Below the pieces are notes generated by a model that was not told where the DNA came from, ran no database searches, and saw only the letters and a program-made list of their open reading frames with translations. Positions 1 to 29,877 of a stretch of DNA of 64,000 nt are shown one piece after another. The stretch lies in the NCBI GenBank assembly GCA_965235115.1, contig OZ249436.1:2854001-2918000 (forward strand), written 5' to 3'. This DNA is from Laetmonice hystrix. Its lineage: Eukaryota. The first letter of the stretch is position 1. Each line of letters starts with the position of its first letter. Both the position numbers and the translations under genes were made by a program.

Positions 1-135
1 AGACACTTATAATAAGTTTATAATAACAAGTGTAGACACTTATAATAAGTTTATAATAACAAGTGTAGACACTTATAATAAGTTTATAATAACAAGTGTA
101 GACACTTATAATAAGTTTATAATAACAAGTGTAGA
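1..135. repeat. 33-bp tandem repeat, at least 4 copies (runs off window start)
   Basis: AGACACTTATAATAAGTTTATAATAACAAGTGT. Confidence 0.95.
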
Positions 136-295
136 TACAGGAAGATTATAGAACTCTCTCATGGCATTACTTTAGAATTTATGTCTATTACACCTGATTT
201 TTGTTAAAGTGAGGCGTATGATTGATCCTGAAAGTCCACGCTACCATAAACTCCTTGCCGTTATGTATAACATCGACACCGTCTCCCTTTCCTTG
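129..295 (+). repeat. Dispersed repeat; diverged direct copy at ~2291-2520
   Basis: Shared GTGTAGAyACAG-AAGATTA ... TTTTGTTAAAG-GAGG--ATGATTGATC-T-AAAGTC ... TAAACTCCTT-CCGTT. Confidence 0.65.
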
Positions 296-337
296 CGGCA
301 TCCGTGTGTGAACATGCCCACACATTACTCGGAATGT

Positions 338-1441
338 GGATCGGTGTGTTATGTTTCTGTAATCAACCCCAGCAGAGATCATACCCCCACTTATCCCATC
401 GTAGATCGGTGTGTTATGTTTCTGTAATCAACCCCAGCAGAGTGTGTTATGTTTCTGTAATCAACCCCAGCAGAGATCATGCCCCCACTTATCCCATCGT
501 AGATCGGTGTGTTATGTTTCTGTAATCAACCCCAGCAGAGTGTGTTATGTTTCTGTAATCAACCCCAGCAGAGATCATGCCCCCACTTATCCCATCGTAG
601 ATCGGTGTGTTATGTTTCTGTAATCAACCCCAGCAGAGATCATACCCCCACTTATCCCATCGTTGTTCGGTGTGTTATGTTTCTGTAATCAACCCCAGCA
701 GAGATCATACCCCCACTTATCCCATCGTGGATCGGTGTGTTATGTTTCTGTAATCAACCCCAGCAGAGTGTGTTATGTTTCTGTAATCAACCCCAGCAGA
801 GATCATACCCCCACTTATCCCATCGTAGATCGGTGTGTTATGTTTCTGTAATCAACCCCAGCAGAGATCATACCCCCACTTATCCCATCGTGGATCGGTG
901 TGTTATGTTTCTGTAATCAACCCCAGCAGAGTGTGTTATGTTTCTGTAATCAACCCCAGCAGAGATCATGCCCCCACTTATCCCATCGTAGATCGGTGTG
1001 TTATGTTTCTGTAATCAACCCCAGCAGAGATCATACCCCCACTTATCCCATCGTGGATGGGTGTGTTATGTTTCTGTAATCAACCCCAGCAGAGTGTGTT
1101 ATGTTTCTGTAATCAACCCCAGCAGAGATCATGCCCCCACTTATCCCATCGTAGATCGGTGTGTTATGTTTCTGTAATCAACCCCAGCAGAGATCATACC
1201 CTCACTTATCCCATCGTGGATCAGTGTGTTATGTTTCTGTAATCAACCCCAGCAGAGATCATACCCCCACTTATCCCATCGTAGATCGGTGTGTTATGTT
1301 TCTGTAATCAACCCCAGCAGAGTGTGTTATGTTTCTGTAATCAACCCCAGCAGAGTGTGTTATGTTTCTGTAATCAACCCCAGCAGAGTGTGTTATGTTT
1401 CTGTAATCAACCCCAGCAGACATCATACCCCCACTTATCCC
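338..1441. repeat. Composite minisatellite: 65-bp unit interspersed with its 33-bp sub-unit
   Basis: A=GTGTGTTATGTTTCTGTAATCAACCCCAGCAGA, B=GATCATACCCCCACTTATCCCATCGTAGATCG; arranged AB, AAB, AAAAB. Confidence 0.95.
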
Positions 1442-1931
1442 CAGGATGACACTGTGCGATCCTCACCGCCCGTACAAAGAGTACATTTGATGGTGACATG
1501 CACTGTGTATGACACGAGTCTTAGTTTGATCAAGTGAACATCGCGGACCTGGAGAGGTGCCCAGAGAACCTCCGTCAGGTTATACTGAAGTGGTAGTCCG
1601 TGCCAAGTGTGCTAAGAGACCCTCATTAATGTGAACCCGTTCTCCAGTAGCAGTTCGAGGATGGTTGAAAACACCAAGTATTTACCGTCACGTGACTGTG
1701 TGTCAGGGGTACTTATAACCAGGCACGTCGTGTGCACGCCCCCAGGGGGCGCTCGGCACGCGCTAGAACCACGTGAAATATTAGTTTGCGTTTTTTGATG
1801 TCTTGTACGCCGACATAATTAGATTCCCACGTAGCTCGGGGGGAATGGGAAGGCCGAGGGGGTCCCGAAGGTGGGAAATCTGGATTTTGATTCAGATTTG
1901 GGGGTTACGCCTCGGAAATAATGAGGGGCAT

Positions 1932-2110
1932 GCATATCTAGGCGACCAGTTTTACTGGTAGAGGAACCTGGACTACCCTGTAGAAAACTACCGACAGCAG
2001 CTAACTGAGAAACCGTCTGACAGACCCCCCGCGGCGAGGAGAACTCGAGCCCAGAAGTGAGCCTTGTAGTTTCAAGCCATGCCTCAGACCACTGAATCAC
2101 TGCGGCCCCC
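1932..2110 (-). mobile_element. Degenerate tRNA-derived SINE
   Basis: Minus strand: A-box-like GTGATTCAGTGG, B-box-like GGCTCGAGTTC, then a core GTTTTCTACAGGGTAGTCCAGGTTCCTCTACCAGTAAAACTG resembling invertebrate SINE cores as I recall them. Confidence 0.55.
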
Positions 2111-2522
2111 ACGGGTCAAGGGAAACTCGTGTTTCTCACATGTCGTAGTCCGCGTTAAAAAGGTAAGACGAAAGGGTACCCCCCGGCACCCCTGACCTCT
2201 GACCCCCACGGTCACAGACCTTGATCTCATGGCAAGAGTCCAAATAACCTCACGTCTATACTCGGAGAGGACACAGTGGAAGTCTGGGACGTGTAGACAC
2301 AGAAAGATTAAGTTGTTAACTCTTCATGACATATTACTTCAGAACTTATGTCGTTTATGACTTTTTGTTTTGTTAAAGGGAGGGAAATGATTGATCTTAA
2401 AGTCAACCCTACCCTAAACTTTGTTTTGTTAAAGGGAGGGAAATGATTGATCTTAAAGTCAACCCTACCCTAAACTCCTTACCGTTTGTATATAACACGG
2501 CACCACCTCCCTCTCCTTATCT

Positions 2523-2683
2523 CAGGCCCTGGGTTTTAGTTTGCAAACCGAAACTGAACTCTTGTTTCAGCGCTTTTGATTGGTCCTTCAAATGAAGTCA
2601 ACCAATGAGAGACCATAACACAAGTCAGTCTTAAAATTCTTGTCTTAAGATTGGTAAAATGACGAACTAAAAACCGGGCCCTG
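2523..2683. mobile_element. Small MITE-like element
   Basis: CAGGCCCTGGGTTTTAGTTTG ... CGAACTAAAAACCGGGCCCTG imperfect TIRs. Confidence 0.5.
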
Positions 2684-3235
2684 GTGCTTTATGCTACCCC
2701 TGCTTTCACAATAACAGTTTGACAGTTCCAACAACGCTACATTAAAAGTTAACGAGATCTGTGGAAAACTTCTTGGTGGACTCACAGTGATAGCGCACCC
2801 ATGGGGCTGACTCACAGTGATAGCGCACCCATGGGGCTGACGAGCAATCTACTCTTTCCTATAATTTATAATACGAACATTGTGAGACATACTTTAGGAA
2901 GTACATTTAGGAAGTATGTTCTTAGCTTAACCCACCAAAGGATATATGACAATACAGAGACGTGATCTATTATTCAGGACCCTAATTAACTCAACCACGG
3001 TTGTATTGATAGAAAAACATCAACTATAGTGTATTGTTTGTCATTTATCGTAAAGTATGGTGAAGCTTGGGGACATTTAACGCCAGTAACGTTGGATAGC
3101 ACGAGAGTTTCAAAAAGAAATCACCAATCACCTTAATTATGTCCCTTCCTCGTTGCGAGTGTTTTAGAAGAGGGATTAAGAGATCGTCTTTGCTTAGTTT
3201 TTTTGGTCATTAGTCAACCGGAAACGATCATTGTA

Positions 3236-3431
3236 CCTTAATCCCCCACCTTCCTGTCCTATTCCCTGGCGCATAAAATTTCAAACAGCTTAGCATGTTC
3301 TATTGAAAATGGGACAGATACACGACCTGGTTTTGATAGGACTGTTCTATCAGTTGTTACCCCCGACCTTTTCGACAATTAGACAATTTTCGGCCACTTC
3401 GGGAATAGGACAGGTAAGTGGGGGATTAAGG
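3236..3431. mobile_element. MITE with ~31-bp TIRs and TA target duplication (Tc1/mariner-type)
   Basis: TA|CCTTAATCCCCCACCTTCCTGTCCTATTCCC ... GGGAATAGGACAGGTAAGTGGGGGATTAAGG|TA. Confidence 0.75.
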
Positions 3432-3451
3432 TATTCGTACCCTGTTTAGAG

Positions 3452-3815
3452 GATAACAAGAATATCCTGTCTGTGACCCAGTTTAGGGTATCCTGTCTGT
3501 GACCCAGTTTAGGGTATCCTGTCTGTGACCCAGTTTAGGGTATCCTGTCTGTGACCCAGTTTAGGGTATAACAAGAATATCCTGTCTGTGACCCAGTTTA
3601 GGGTATCCTGTCTGTGACCCAGTTTAGGGTATAACAAGACCCAGTTTAGGGTATAACAAGAATATCCTGTCTGTGACCCAGTTTAGGGTATAACAAGAAT
3701 ATCATGTCTCTGACCCAGTTTAGGGTATAACAAGAATATCATGTCTCTGACCCAGTTTAGGGTATCCTGCCTGTGACCCAGTTTAGAGGATAACAAGAAT
3801 ATCCTGTCTCTTACC
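3452..3815. repeat. 26/37-bp minisatellite
   Basis: ATCCTGTCTGTGACCCAGTTTAGGGT with or without ATAACAAGAAT. Confidence 0.9.
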
Positions 3816-4313
3816 CAGAATTCCTATCAGAGGTAGAAGTATTTCCAACACTTCCGGCACAGTATCATATTTAACCTTCTCGTTAAGAGAGCGGGGTAAC
3901 GAGGAAATCTTTTTTCGATATACAACGAGCAACAATTGTTCACATCCCCAACTGCCGTAAACCCAAAGAACCCCTATACCCCCCTCCACCCCCTCCGCCC
4001 CTCCAGGTCAGACACCGTGTAGACGTATATGGATCATTGCCCCGGGAGGGAGGTCTAGGGATCATTGGTCGAGTCTGAGTACACAGTGCACAGCAGAGAC
4101 TCAGCTAACAACTAGCAACCCAAGAACCCGAAACTGGATAAATAATGGCCAGGGTCGATGTGAGGTTCTCAACATGTCCTTATACACGCCACGCTCCGGT
4201 AGACGTTAGCGCCATCTAGGGGTCAGTGTACAGAACTGCTCAAGTGTCGTAAGCATGCTGCTTGAACTTCGGAACCGGAATTAGGGCAAGGTAGTTGTCC
4301 TGCATCACATCTA

Positions 4314-5125
4314 CAGGGTGTCCCAGAAAAAAGGTAATCCCGGCAAAAGGGGCTAATGTGAGGAGACCATGCATTTTAACACGCTTGGCATTGCATCATA
4401 GTAAAGTGGAAGCTATGAGCTTACAGTTGATGCCATTGTGCCGCCCATGCTGCTACGCATGACTGAGCACCAAGGCTCTGAAAAAGACATGCAGATTTTA
4501 CCTTGAACCAAGTTAGGAAATTCCATAAGTTTGTGTCACACATCATTGACATGGTTTAGGGTATCATTGAATGTAAGATTGTTATGCCATTACTGGGAGG
4601 GGTAGGTATTGGCCTATTCCAAGCATATGCAGTGTGTGTGACAGAGTTTGCAAAGATGTTTCAGCTTAGCACAGAGCAGAGAGTTTTCGTGGTGAAAAGA
4701 TTGTAGGAAACGAAGAGTTTGCAAGCTACGCAAGATGCTTTCAGGGATACTTTTCAAGATCGGGATCCTCCTTCCAAGAAGACCATTTCGGCCAATGTCA
4801 GGAAATACGAACAGCATGGTACAAGTCTAACCAGGAATAAGGGCCATTCTGGGAGACCCAGGACAGTGCAAACTGATCAAAACATCAAAAAATAATCTGG
4901 CATAACATCAGGATGGAATTTCCCAACTTGGAACAAGGAAAAATCTGCATGTCTTTTTCAGAGCCTTGGTGCTCAGTCATGAGTAGCAGCATGGGGGTCA
5001 CAATGGCATCAACTGTAAGCTCATAGCTTCCACTTTACTATGATGCAATGCCAAAAGTGTTAAAATGCATGGTCTCCTCACATTAACCCCTTTTGCCAAG
5101 ATTACCATTTTTCTGGGACACCCTC
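4314..5125 (+). mobile_element. Internally deleted Tc1/mariner DNA transposon with ~200-bp TIRs and a transposase N-terminal relic
   Basis: TA|CAGGGTGTCCCAGAAAAA left end; ~4314-4515 inverted at ~4925-5125; 4656-4895 translates MFQLSTEQRVFVVKRL*ETKS...PPSKKTISANVRKYEQHGTS...SGRPRTV (HTH plus GRPR motif). Confidence 0.85.
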
Positions 5126-6368
5126 CAAGAAAACTGGTCAAATACGATTCTGTATCGAACTATACAAATATCAACAATTGCTTCCCTGCTTTACGAATTA
5201 GGATGGGCCTAATCGTGATTTGTGCAAGAACGTTCAAGAAGTCGTTGAAATTTACTAAAATAACTAAAGAGACTGAAATGGGTTAAACTTGCAGAATAGT
5301 TTTTCAACATGGAGAGGCAAATACTTGTCTAACCTCGTGATAGGTGTTGAGTTAAACTGTTGATTCTGCGGTAAACGTGCCACAAAGTCTACATGTTTGT
5401 GCAAGTCGGTGGTTAACTGGTTTACTCTAGGGGCCTGGGCCACATTGTAACTGTAACTGTAACTATAACGAGAAACACGGTACAAAAACCATCGGGAACC
5501 CTTACGTGTTGTCACAACATTGTACATGCGGAAATTATGACAAACTTTACAGGATATCATTTGTTGTTCTCAGCTGGCTGCATTACTTTAGTACAAAGTT
5601 TAAATCTAAATGACTACGTCGAGGATTTGGGAAATTGGTATGCGCTTCAAAAAAAAGGCTTGAAAAAACGTCATCAGAGTCAAAACGACCAGTCACATAA
5701 GTTCTCTAGGCATCGCCGACTAGCTGGTATAAATCTGTCAAAGCATGTCTGACAGCAACTCTACCTGGTCACCAAAGGCAAAGAAAGGTTTTTGGTCTAG
5801 CTAAGAAAACAATCTCCTCAGAAAAAGTAAGTTTACAGTTCCCCACAGCATGACAAGGGACACCAATAGCACCACCTCGTAATCTAGCCTCGTCATCGTG
5901 CATGGGCTATAACAGTGCAGGATTTTAGTTGACCTTAGTTGACCTTAGTTGACCTTGACCTTTAGTTAGACCCATGATCCGGCGTCATCAGTGTGTGACC
6001 TTCCTTGTAAACAACACCTAATATAAATATTTCAGAATCCTTCTGATCAAAACATGGTCAAACCTGGGCCAACATGAAAATGTTTCATTGTAGGTTTTTT
6101 GGAGAAGAAAAGTGAGGCAACTGATTTCGGTCTTATTCAGGAGTAGTGGCCTCACGGAGCCAGACACACGACAAGACACTTAATGATCTGTCAAATAAAT
6201 CCACAGTCAGCCCAAAATGTGGGAGGTCTCAGGTTGTTGGACAGTTCCAACTGGGACAGATTGTTCCGAGTACCGGATGTTCTTCAATTCCGATCTTAGA
6301 AATATCCTCATCGTCCGGAACAGGGATCATGCAATTCCTACATGCACTCGTCCTTGGCTGGCTACCTT

Positions 6369-6812
6369 GAATTGAACTGGTTGAATGTGAATTCCGAGCT
6401 GTGAATTGAATTGGTTTGAATGTGAATTCCGAGCTGTGAATTGAATTGGTTTGAATGTGAATTCCGAGCTGTGAATTGAATTGGTTTGAATGTGAATTCC
6501 GAGCTGTGAATTGAATTGGTTTGAATGTGAATTCCGAGCTGTGAATTGAATTGGTTGAATGTGAATTCCGAGCTGTGAACTGAATTGGTTGAATGTGAAT
6601 TCCGAGCTGTTAATTGAATTGGTTGATTGTGAATTTCGAGCTGTGAATTGAATTGGTTGAATGTGAATTCCGAGCTGTGAATTGAATTGGTCGAATGTGA
6701 ATTCCGAACTATGGATTGAATTGGTTGAATGTGAATTCCGAGCTGTGAATTGAATTGGTTTGAATGTGAATTCCGAGCTATGAATTGAATTGGTTGAATG
6801 TGAATTCCGAGC
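6369..6812. repeat. 34/35-bp minisatellite, ~13 copies, enclosed by a 59-bp inverted repeat
   Basis: GTGAATTGAATTGGTT(T)GAATGTGAATTCCGAGCT. Confidence 0.95.
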
Positions 6813-7343
6813 TTTTCGAAACTTGGCCTATTCTACCTTGCCATGAAATATTCGAGTGATGTGCTATAGTCTCTGAAGTTGGAGCTGTCGACATTCAGCC
6901 AGCCAAGGATTAGTGCATGTAGGAATTGCATGCTCCCTGTTCTGGGCGATGAGGAAATTGTCTAGACTTAATTCAGGTCCACAAATAAAATTTATTTAGA
7001 CGAAAAGCATCACGCCTGAAGAACTTGGAAAGTCTTGGCGTGAATTTTGCACCTTTTTGAGGGTGTATAAATAGCTTTGAAGCTATTTAACTATTTCATA
7101 TTTTCACATCTGCATTCCATTAAAATTTGAAACTAATTCTGTCACTTTATGACCGATAATACTTTGGTGCCACTTTAAAACCGTACATAAAACCTACCAT
7201 AAATCTCAAACTCATCTCCACACTCCCGTATTCCGTCCTCGGCCAGGAGGAATACAACCGGAAAAAGGAAATGTTTAATTCGTGTACGTGAGTAAACAGA
7301 AACGTTAGGGAAAAGATGTTATAACCACGACTGTAAACAGACG

Positions 7344-8211
7344 ACGTGGAGATGGTGGAAGGGGGTGTTGGCACAATTACAGGTCAGTCTGAGCGACCAC
7401 TCATACAGAAAGTGATCAACACACACCGAGGTGGTGGAAGGGGGTGTTGACACAATTACAGGTCAGTCTGAGCGACCACTCATACCGAAAGTGATCAACA
7501 CACGTGGAGGTGGTGGAAGGGGGTGTTGGCACAATTACAGGTCAGTCTGAGCGAACACTCATACAGAAAGTGATCAACACACGTGGAGGTGGTGGAAGGG
7601 GGTGTTGGCACAATTACAGGTCAGTCTGAGCGACCACTCATACAGAAAGTGATCAACACACACCGAGGTGGTGGAAGGGGGTGTTGACACAATTACAGGT
7701 CAGTCTGAGCGACCACTCATACAGAAAGTGATCAACACACGTGGAGGTGGTGGAAGGGGGTGTTGGCACAATTACAGGTCAGTCTGAGCGAACACTCATA
7801 CAGAAAGTGGTCAACACACACCGAGGTGGTGGAAGGGGGTGTTGGCACAATTACAGGTCAGTCTGAGCGACCACTCATACAGAAAGTGATCAACACACGT
7901 GGAGGTGGTGGAAGGGGGTGTTGGCACAATTACAGGTCAGTCTGAGCGAACACTCATACAGAAAGTGATCAACACACACCGAGGTGGTGGAAGGAGGTGT
8001 TGGCACAATTACAGGTCAGTCTGAGCGACCACTCATACAGAAAGTGATCAACACACACCGAGGTGGTGGAAGGAGGTGTTGGCACAATTACAGGTCAGTC
8101 TGAGCGACCACTCATACAGAAAGTGATCAACACACACCGAGGTGGTGGAAGGAGGTGTTGGCACAATTACAGGTCAGTCTGAGCGACCACTCATACAGAA
8201 AGTGATCAACA
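7344..8211. repeat. 79-bp minisatellite, ~11 copies
   Basis: GAGGTGGTGGAAGGGGGTGTTGGCACAATTACAGGTCAGTCTGAGCGACCACTCATACAGAAAGTGATCAACACAC... Confidence 0.95.
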
Positions 8212-8904
8212 CCCATTCATATAATAGCTGCAGCCGAGCCTAGACGGCTGGAACACTTGCTCCTCGTCAGGTTGTGAACGTGTATGTGTGCAAGGATATG
8301 GACCAGTAGCTGTTTGAACCAGTCAGCTTTGTCTCACGTCCATTTACACATTTAGACCATGCAACTATACGGCCACTTATAATGATAAACGTTTCTCGAT
8401 ACAGATAGAGAGGTGCGTGTGTGCATACATGTGTACCCAGTTAAAACTGCAATATACACACGATATGTCCGGTATACGTACACATTCCCAGAAAGATAGG
8501 ACTACAAACATGCATGCATATTATATTATGCTAAATGTAAGGACTAGTTGGCTCTCGTTCACAGCGGGAGAAACTCTTGATCCAGAACCACCTCTAATGA
8601 ACTGCTGGAGAACAGGGTTGTATATTTGTCCCAAACACGCTATTTACCTATTTTACTCATGAAGAGCTAGAAGACTTTCTAGTTGAAGGGTTGTTGGTCT
8701 AGAAAATGTCCTAATTGAAGCTCTAACTCATGGGGAGGTCAGCATTAATCTGACAATAGATTCTTTGTGAAACTTCTGAAATAGTTTCCATCCTACAAAT
8801 TAGGTTACCAGGTCGGCCGTGACGGGTGGACCCTGTGATTATAATGGCGGTTCTGATCCTCGTCCCGAGTAGTGGAACTCCCCGTGATAACACAGCCACG
8901 GAAT

Positions 8905-9240
8905 TAAGGGCAGGGCTTAGGGTAAAGGGACAGGGCTTAGGGTAAAGGGACTGGGCTTAGGGTAAAGGGGCAGGGCTTAGGGTAAAGGGGCAGGGCTTAG
9001 GGTCAAGAGGCAGGGCTTGGGTAAAGGGGGAGGGATTAAGGTCAATGGGCACGTAAAGAGGCAGGGATTAGCGTAAACGGGCGGGGTTTGGGGTAAAGGG
9101 GCGGATATTAGAGTAAAGACGCAGGGATTAGGGTAAAAGGGCAGATGTTAGGGTAATGGGGCAGGGTTTATGGTAAAGGGGCAGGGCCAGGGACAAAGAT
9201 TGAGTTAGGGGGAAGTCTGGGGGCGGGGAGTAGGGGTAAG
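8905..9240. repeat. Degenerate 20-bp G-rich repeat (G-quadruplex-prone)
   Basis: GGGCAGGGCTTAGGGTAAAG decaying rightwards. Confidence 0.85.
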
Positions 9241-9298
9241 GCATCAGACTATAGGAACACTGATAAATTTCTATTTTTCACCACCAAATTTGATGGAG

Positions 9299-9745
9299 AT
9301 TCCACGATGGGGGTATGCCCCCTCCGGCTCTGATTGACCTGTGACAGCGCTGGACCTTACAGCCATACGCTTTCACAGTTATGGCTTATTCCACCATGGG
9401 GGTATGCCCCCTCCGGCTCTGATTGACCTGTGACAGCGGTGGACCTTACAGCCATACGCTCTCACAGTTATGGCTTATTCCACGATGGGGGTATGCCCCC
9501 TCCGGCTCTGATTGACCTGTGACAGCGGTGGACCTTACAGCCATACGCTCTCACAGTTATGGCTTATTCCACCATGGGGGTATGCCCCCTCCGGCTCTGA
9601 TTGACCTGTGACAGCGGTGGACCTTACAGCCATACGCTCTCACAGTTATGGCTTATTTCACCATGGGGGTATACCCCCTCCGGCTCTGATTGACCTGTGA
9701 CAGCGGTGGACCTTACAGCCATACGCTCCCACACTTATGGCTTAT
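9299..9745. repeat. 89-bp minisatellite, 5 copies
   Basis: TCCACCATGGGGGTATGCCCCCTCCGGCTCTGATTGACCTGTGACAGCGGTGGACC... Confidence 0.95.
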
Positions 9746-11590
9746 AAATAAAAGACACGCCGCCCACTTTGCCTGCTGGTGAAGGAGGGGTAGCTTTTGG
9801 CTGGCGACCCATCACAGTCTGTTTGGTCGGATTGGCAAGACGACGTCCACAGTACCAGTGGAGTAGATCTCCACGGTCGTCTGGTAAAGGGGCCATGACA
9901 TTCCTCCTTCAATACCGAACAGTAACAGGAATACGACTGCACTCATAACATCAGTATACGTGTGGCTATAAAACATGTCCCGTCGGGTTTTCCTGGAGTG
10001 TCAAAGGGAAGCATACATGGTCGGATGATTTTTGTATACATAGGCCTACTCGACATTTGCCAACTTTGAAATCTTCAGAAAGGCTCTGCCACTCTGTCCT
10101 TCGCGCGGACATAATGGTTAATTACTGGGTGTTTGTGACCTGAAGTCGTTAGTAAGAATAATTAATGAACTGCAGTCTTGGAATCAGTATGGTTTAATTA
10201 ATATGAAATGAAGTGTAGATTTTTAATTGATCATTGAGTGAAAGATATAGCATGGGGCAAGTTGTCCTCTGGACTGGCTATAGTCCTGTAATAAAACAAA
10301 TGCAGCATTTATTACTCGAATTAGAATATTAGAGCTTGAATAGGTTTTCATTCAGAAACATTTAAACTTATTAAATTGCACAAGGTTATGCCTTCCTAGG
10401 CCTACATTTAATCTTTGTCCCGTCGACTTGGACACCTGAGAGTTGACTTTGCCTACCCGTGACGGCTTGTATACCAGTTACTGTCAAGGTAGACCTGGCT
10501 TTTCTAGCAAGAGAAAATAAATGTTCACCAGCCAATGCTCATGGCCCTTGTGTCCTGTTATAGGTCTAGGCTGGGGGTGAACGCTGTCATAAGTGCATAA
10601 TTGGATCCCAATACCTCAAACTTGTCCTCAAATTGGTATCATTTGTATTTACGACCGGATCCTCTGGAATTCAGGTGTTTTCAAATAAAAGGAACGCTCC
10701 GTGGACACGGCGCGTTTCCTCTAATAACGTCACGTAATGACGGCACGACGGAACGGCTAGTAATGGTCGTGTTTGGTAACAAAGCTCGCCACGACACTGG
10801 CGGCACCTGGTGGTGGCAGTTCACGTCCGAGGGTCGTCTGTCAGGGTAGGGTTATCACGTCAGGATCCCATCCCGAGATCTCTAGCTGTTGTCGTGTCAT
10901 GATGTGATCTTCTCCACAATACAAAGTGTTCGACGACCCGCGCCGCTCTGACACTGAACGAACCGGGCACTGATACAAGGGGCGTTCAGTGATAAACAAC
11001 GTTACTAAACGTTACGGCGCTGGTGGTGCACAACGTCAGTTATGTCGTTCTGGCAGAAGTCCATCTGCACTGAGAAAATATGGTGAAACTAGAAAAGATC
11101 AACCAAACCTTACGAAACGTTACAGAATTTGACAACCTAAAATGCCAAACTTTTCCTAACGTTTTGTGATGCCACGTGCTGCTGAACTGTGCTCATGGAT
11201 CCAGGCCGGGGGAGGTGAGGGGAGGGCCGGGTAGGGGGTCCTCGACACTAGCACGCAAGGGGTTCCATGCTGAGGACGTAATGACCCACGTGCTTTAAAA
11301 AATAGCTAGTGATGAGGCAGAAACTTATTAGACCATACGACTGACCGCGCTGGGCAAAAGAAATGATTTGAGGTCTTCTTGAGTTGTTAACTTGTTTAAA
11401 CAAAGTTATTGAGAAAAACTAGCTGGATATGAGATTTATTCAACATGCAGAAAGTCCTCGGTGGTAGTGTAACTTTTTGTTTCGTCACACACGCTGTCAC
11501 TGAGTCATGTCCCCATTGAGGACTCTAACTTGCTGGAAAGGAATATTTTTGCCTTTGACGCAAATTGCTTTACAACTTCAAAAATACTAA

Positions 11591-12000
11591 AGGGTGGTTC
11601 AACATTTTCAACATTTTCACAAGCGTACAAACCGTACGCTAGGGGGGGGGGGGGTTAACACTCAATGTACGCTTTTTGAAAACTGAAAAATGTCGATCTG
11701 TAATGGATCAGTCAAGCAGCCCACGTACCACCTCTTCCCTTTGTGCGAATCACAGGGTGATGAATATACAAGATCTGCTCACCAGGGGCTTCATGGGGAT
11801 ATTTGTTTTGATGGACTTCCCTACATCACTGACCTATTCTTCGGTTAACTGTGGCCACAAGTAATGACCTAATCTCATCCTTGGTCATCCTATATATTGT
11901 AAAAAAAACATACATTTTCTTATGTACGCTTTTGGGAGGCGGGAGGGGGGTCATCAAAAAGAGTACTCTTTGTACGCTTGTGAAAATGTTGAACCACCCC
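11591..12000. mobile_element. PIF/Harbinger-type MITE, TAA target duplication
   Basis: TAA|AGGGTGGTTCAACATTTTCA...CAAGCGTACAAA ... TTTGTACGCTTGTGAAAATGTTGAACCACCCC|TAA. Confidence 0.75.
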
Positions 12001-12130
12001 TAAAGCAAAACAGTCAGGCTGCCTCAAAGTGTGACTTCAGGCATTTTAGCATATCCTGCATATTATAGTGTAAAATATGTTCCATACCTATGTTACACAT
12101 TAAATGAATGCCAACTTGTATTTTCAGAGA

Positions 12131-28489
<16,359 letters not shown>

Positions 28490-29007
28490 TACTTTACAAA
28501 ACATTGTGACCTCTAATGGGACCAAGACCTTTCAGTGAAATTAAAATAAATCGATGGCGTTTCTTCGTTCGTGACCTTTACGAGATGAGCATTTTGTGAC
28601 AATTGCCGCCAAAGTTAAACTTTGCCAGACGAACGCTGGGGCCTACAGGATGCTAGTGTGTACCGTCAAGGTGAGGGGTGGATGTCAGACGCCAGCTGGG
28701 GCCTACAGGATGCTAGTGTTGACCGTCAAGGTGAGGGGTGGAACTAGTCGGAGAGACACGACGAACGGCCACCCACCTGCTATCACCGTCCGCCATTTCT
28801 GAAAGTCCTGGCAAAGGTCTGAGTGGGGCACGACGTGTGGAGGGTGCCTACACCGTACTGGTTATAAATAATTATTAAAACTGCTTGTGGAAGGTGCCAG
28901 TTAGGGTCTGTGGAGAGGCACCCCATAGATACAGACTGTGTATTTATTCCTTCTAAATCCGCAGGGCTTTCAATATTGATTATTGATTGATTAAGACGAG
29001 TTCTAAT

Positions 29008-29335
29008 TATCGTTATTGTCCGTGCATAAACCGCACTTCTTTTATCCTAAAATTATTCACGAATCGGTGTGCGACTTATACATGGCCGCGGGTTATACAT
29101 GGCCGCGGCTTATACATGGCCGCGGGTTATACATGGTCGCGGGATATACATGGCCGCGGCTTATACATGGTCGCGGCTTATACATGGCCGCGGCTTATAC
29201 ATGGCCGCGGCTTATACATGGCCGCGGCTTATACATGGTCGCGGCTTATACATGGCCGCGGCTTATACATGGCCGCGGGTTATACATGGCCGCGGGTTAT
29301 ACATGGCCGCGGGTTATACACACAGAATTACGGTT
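29008..29335. mobile_element. pogo/Tigger-like MITE whose subterminal 17-mer TTATACATGGCCGCGG(C/G) is amplified ~14x (29076-29319)
   Basis: Left TATCGTTATTGTCCGTGCATAAACCGC, right GCGGGTTATACACACAGAATTACGGT, imperfect inverted ends; 17-bp tandem inside. Confidence 0.55.
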
Positions 29336-29753
29336 GTGCCCATTTCACACGGGTTTGACCAGAATGAATTAACGATGTACGATTAACATGCTGTAGTTCT
29401 AATTGTACACTAGCCGTGAACTTAAAGGATAACCATCTATAATTAAAGGTAGACTATCAGGAAACTGATTCCAAACTGTTGAAATAACAAGAGAGTAATG
29501 TCCCAAAAGAAGGTATTTTAACAATGGTGTGCTGGTTGTGGCATATATTATATGTTGAGATAACAAGTAATGTTGTCCAAACAGAAGATATTTTTAAAAT
29601 GGTGTGCTGGTTGTGGCATTCATTATACTATACGAAGAGAAAGGTGCTGATCCATCGTCCATTCCCTTACCCCATTAGTGTGCACACCATTCATTAGTGA
29701 TGATAAACTACAGTAGAGACCTGTATTTGTGACTTGGTTAACTTGTCAGATCA

Positions 29754-29877
29754 CAGACCAGATTCACAAGCAAAGTCAAGACCCAAGACTTGAACCCCAT
29801 TTTAACCAATCAGATTCGAGTAAAACTGACTTTAAGTTACTTAACATTGACTTGATTTTGCTTGTGAACCGTCCCTG
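29754..29877. mobile_element. Small MITE-like element
   Basis: TTCACAAGCAAAGTCAAG inverted with CTTGATTTTGCTTGTGAA; CAG...CTG ends. Confidence 0.5.

Noticed and set aside
8905..9240. Interstitial telomeric repeat
   Set aside because: TTAGGG occurs only once per 20-bp unit, not as (TTAGGG)n
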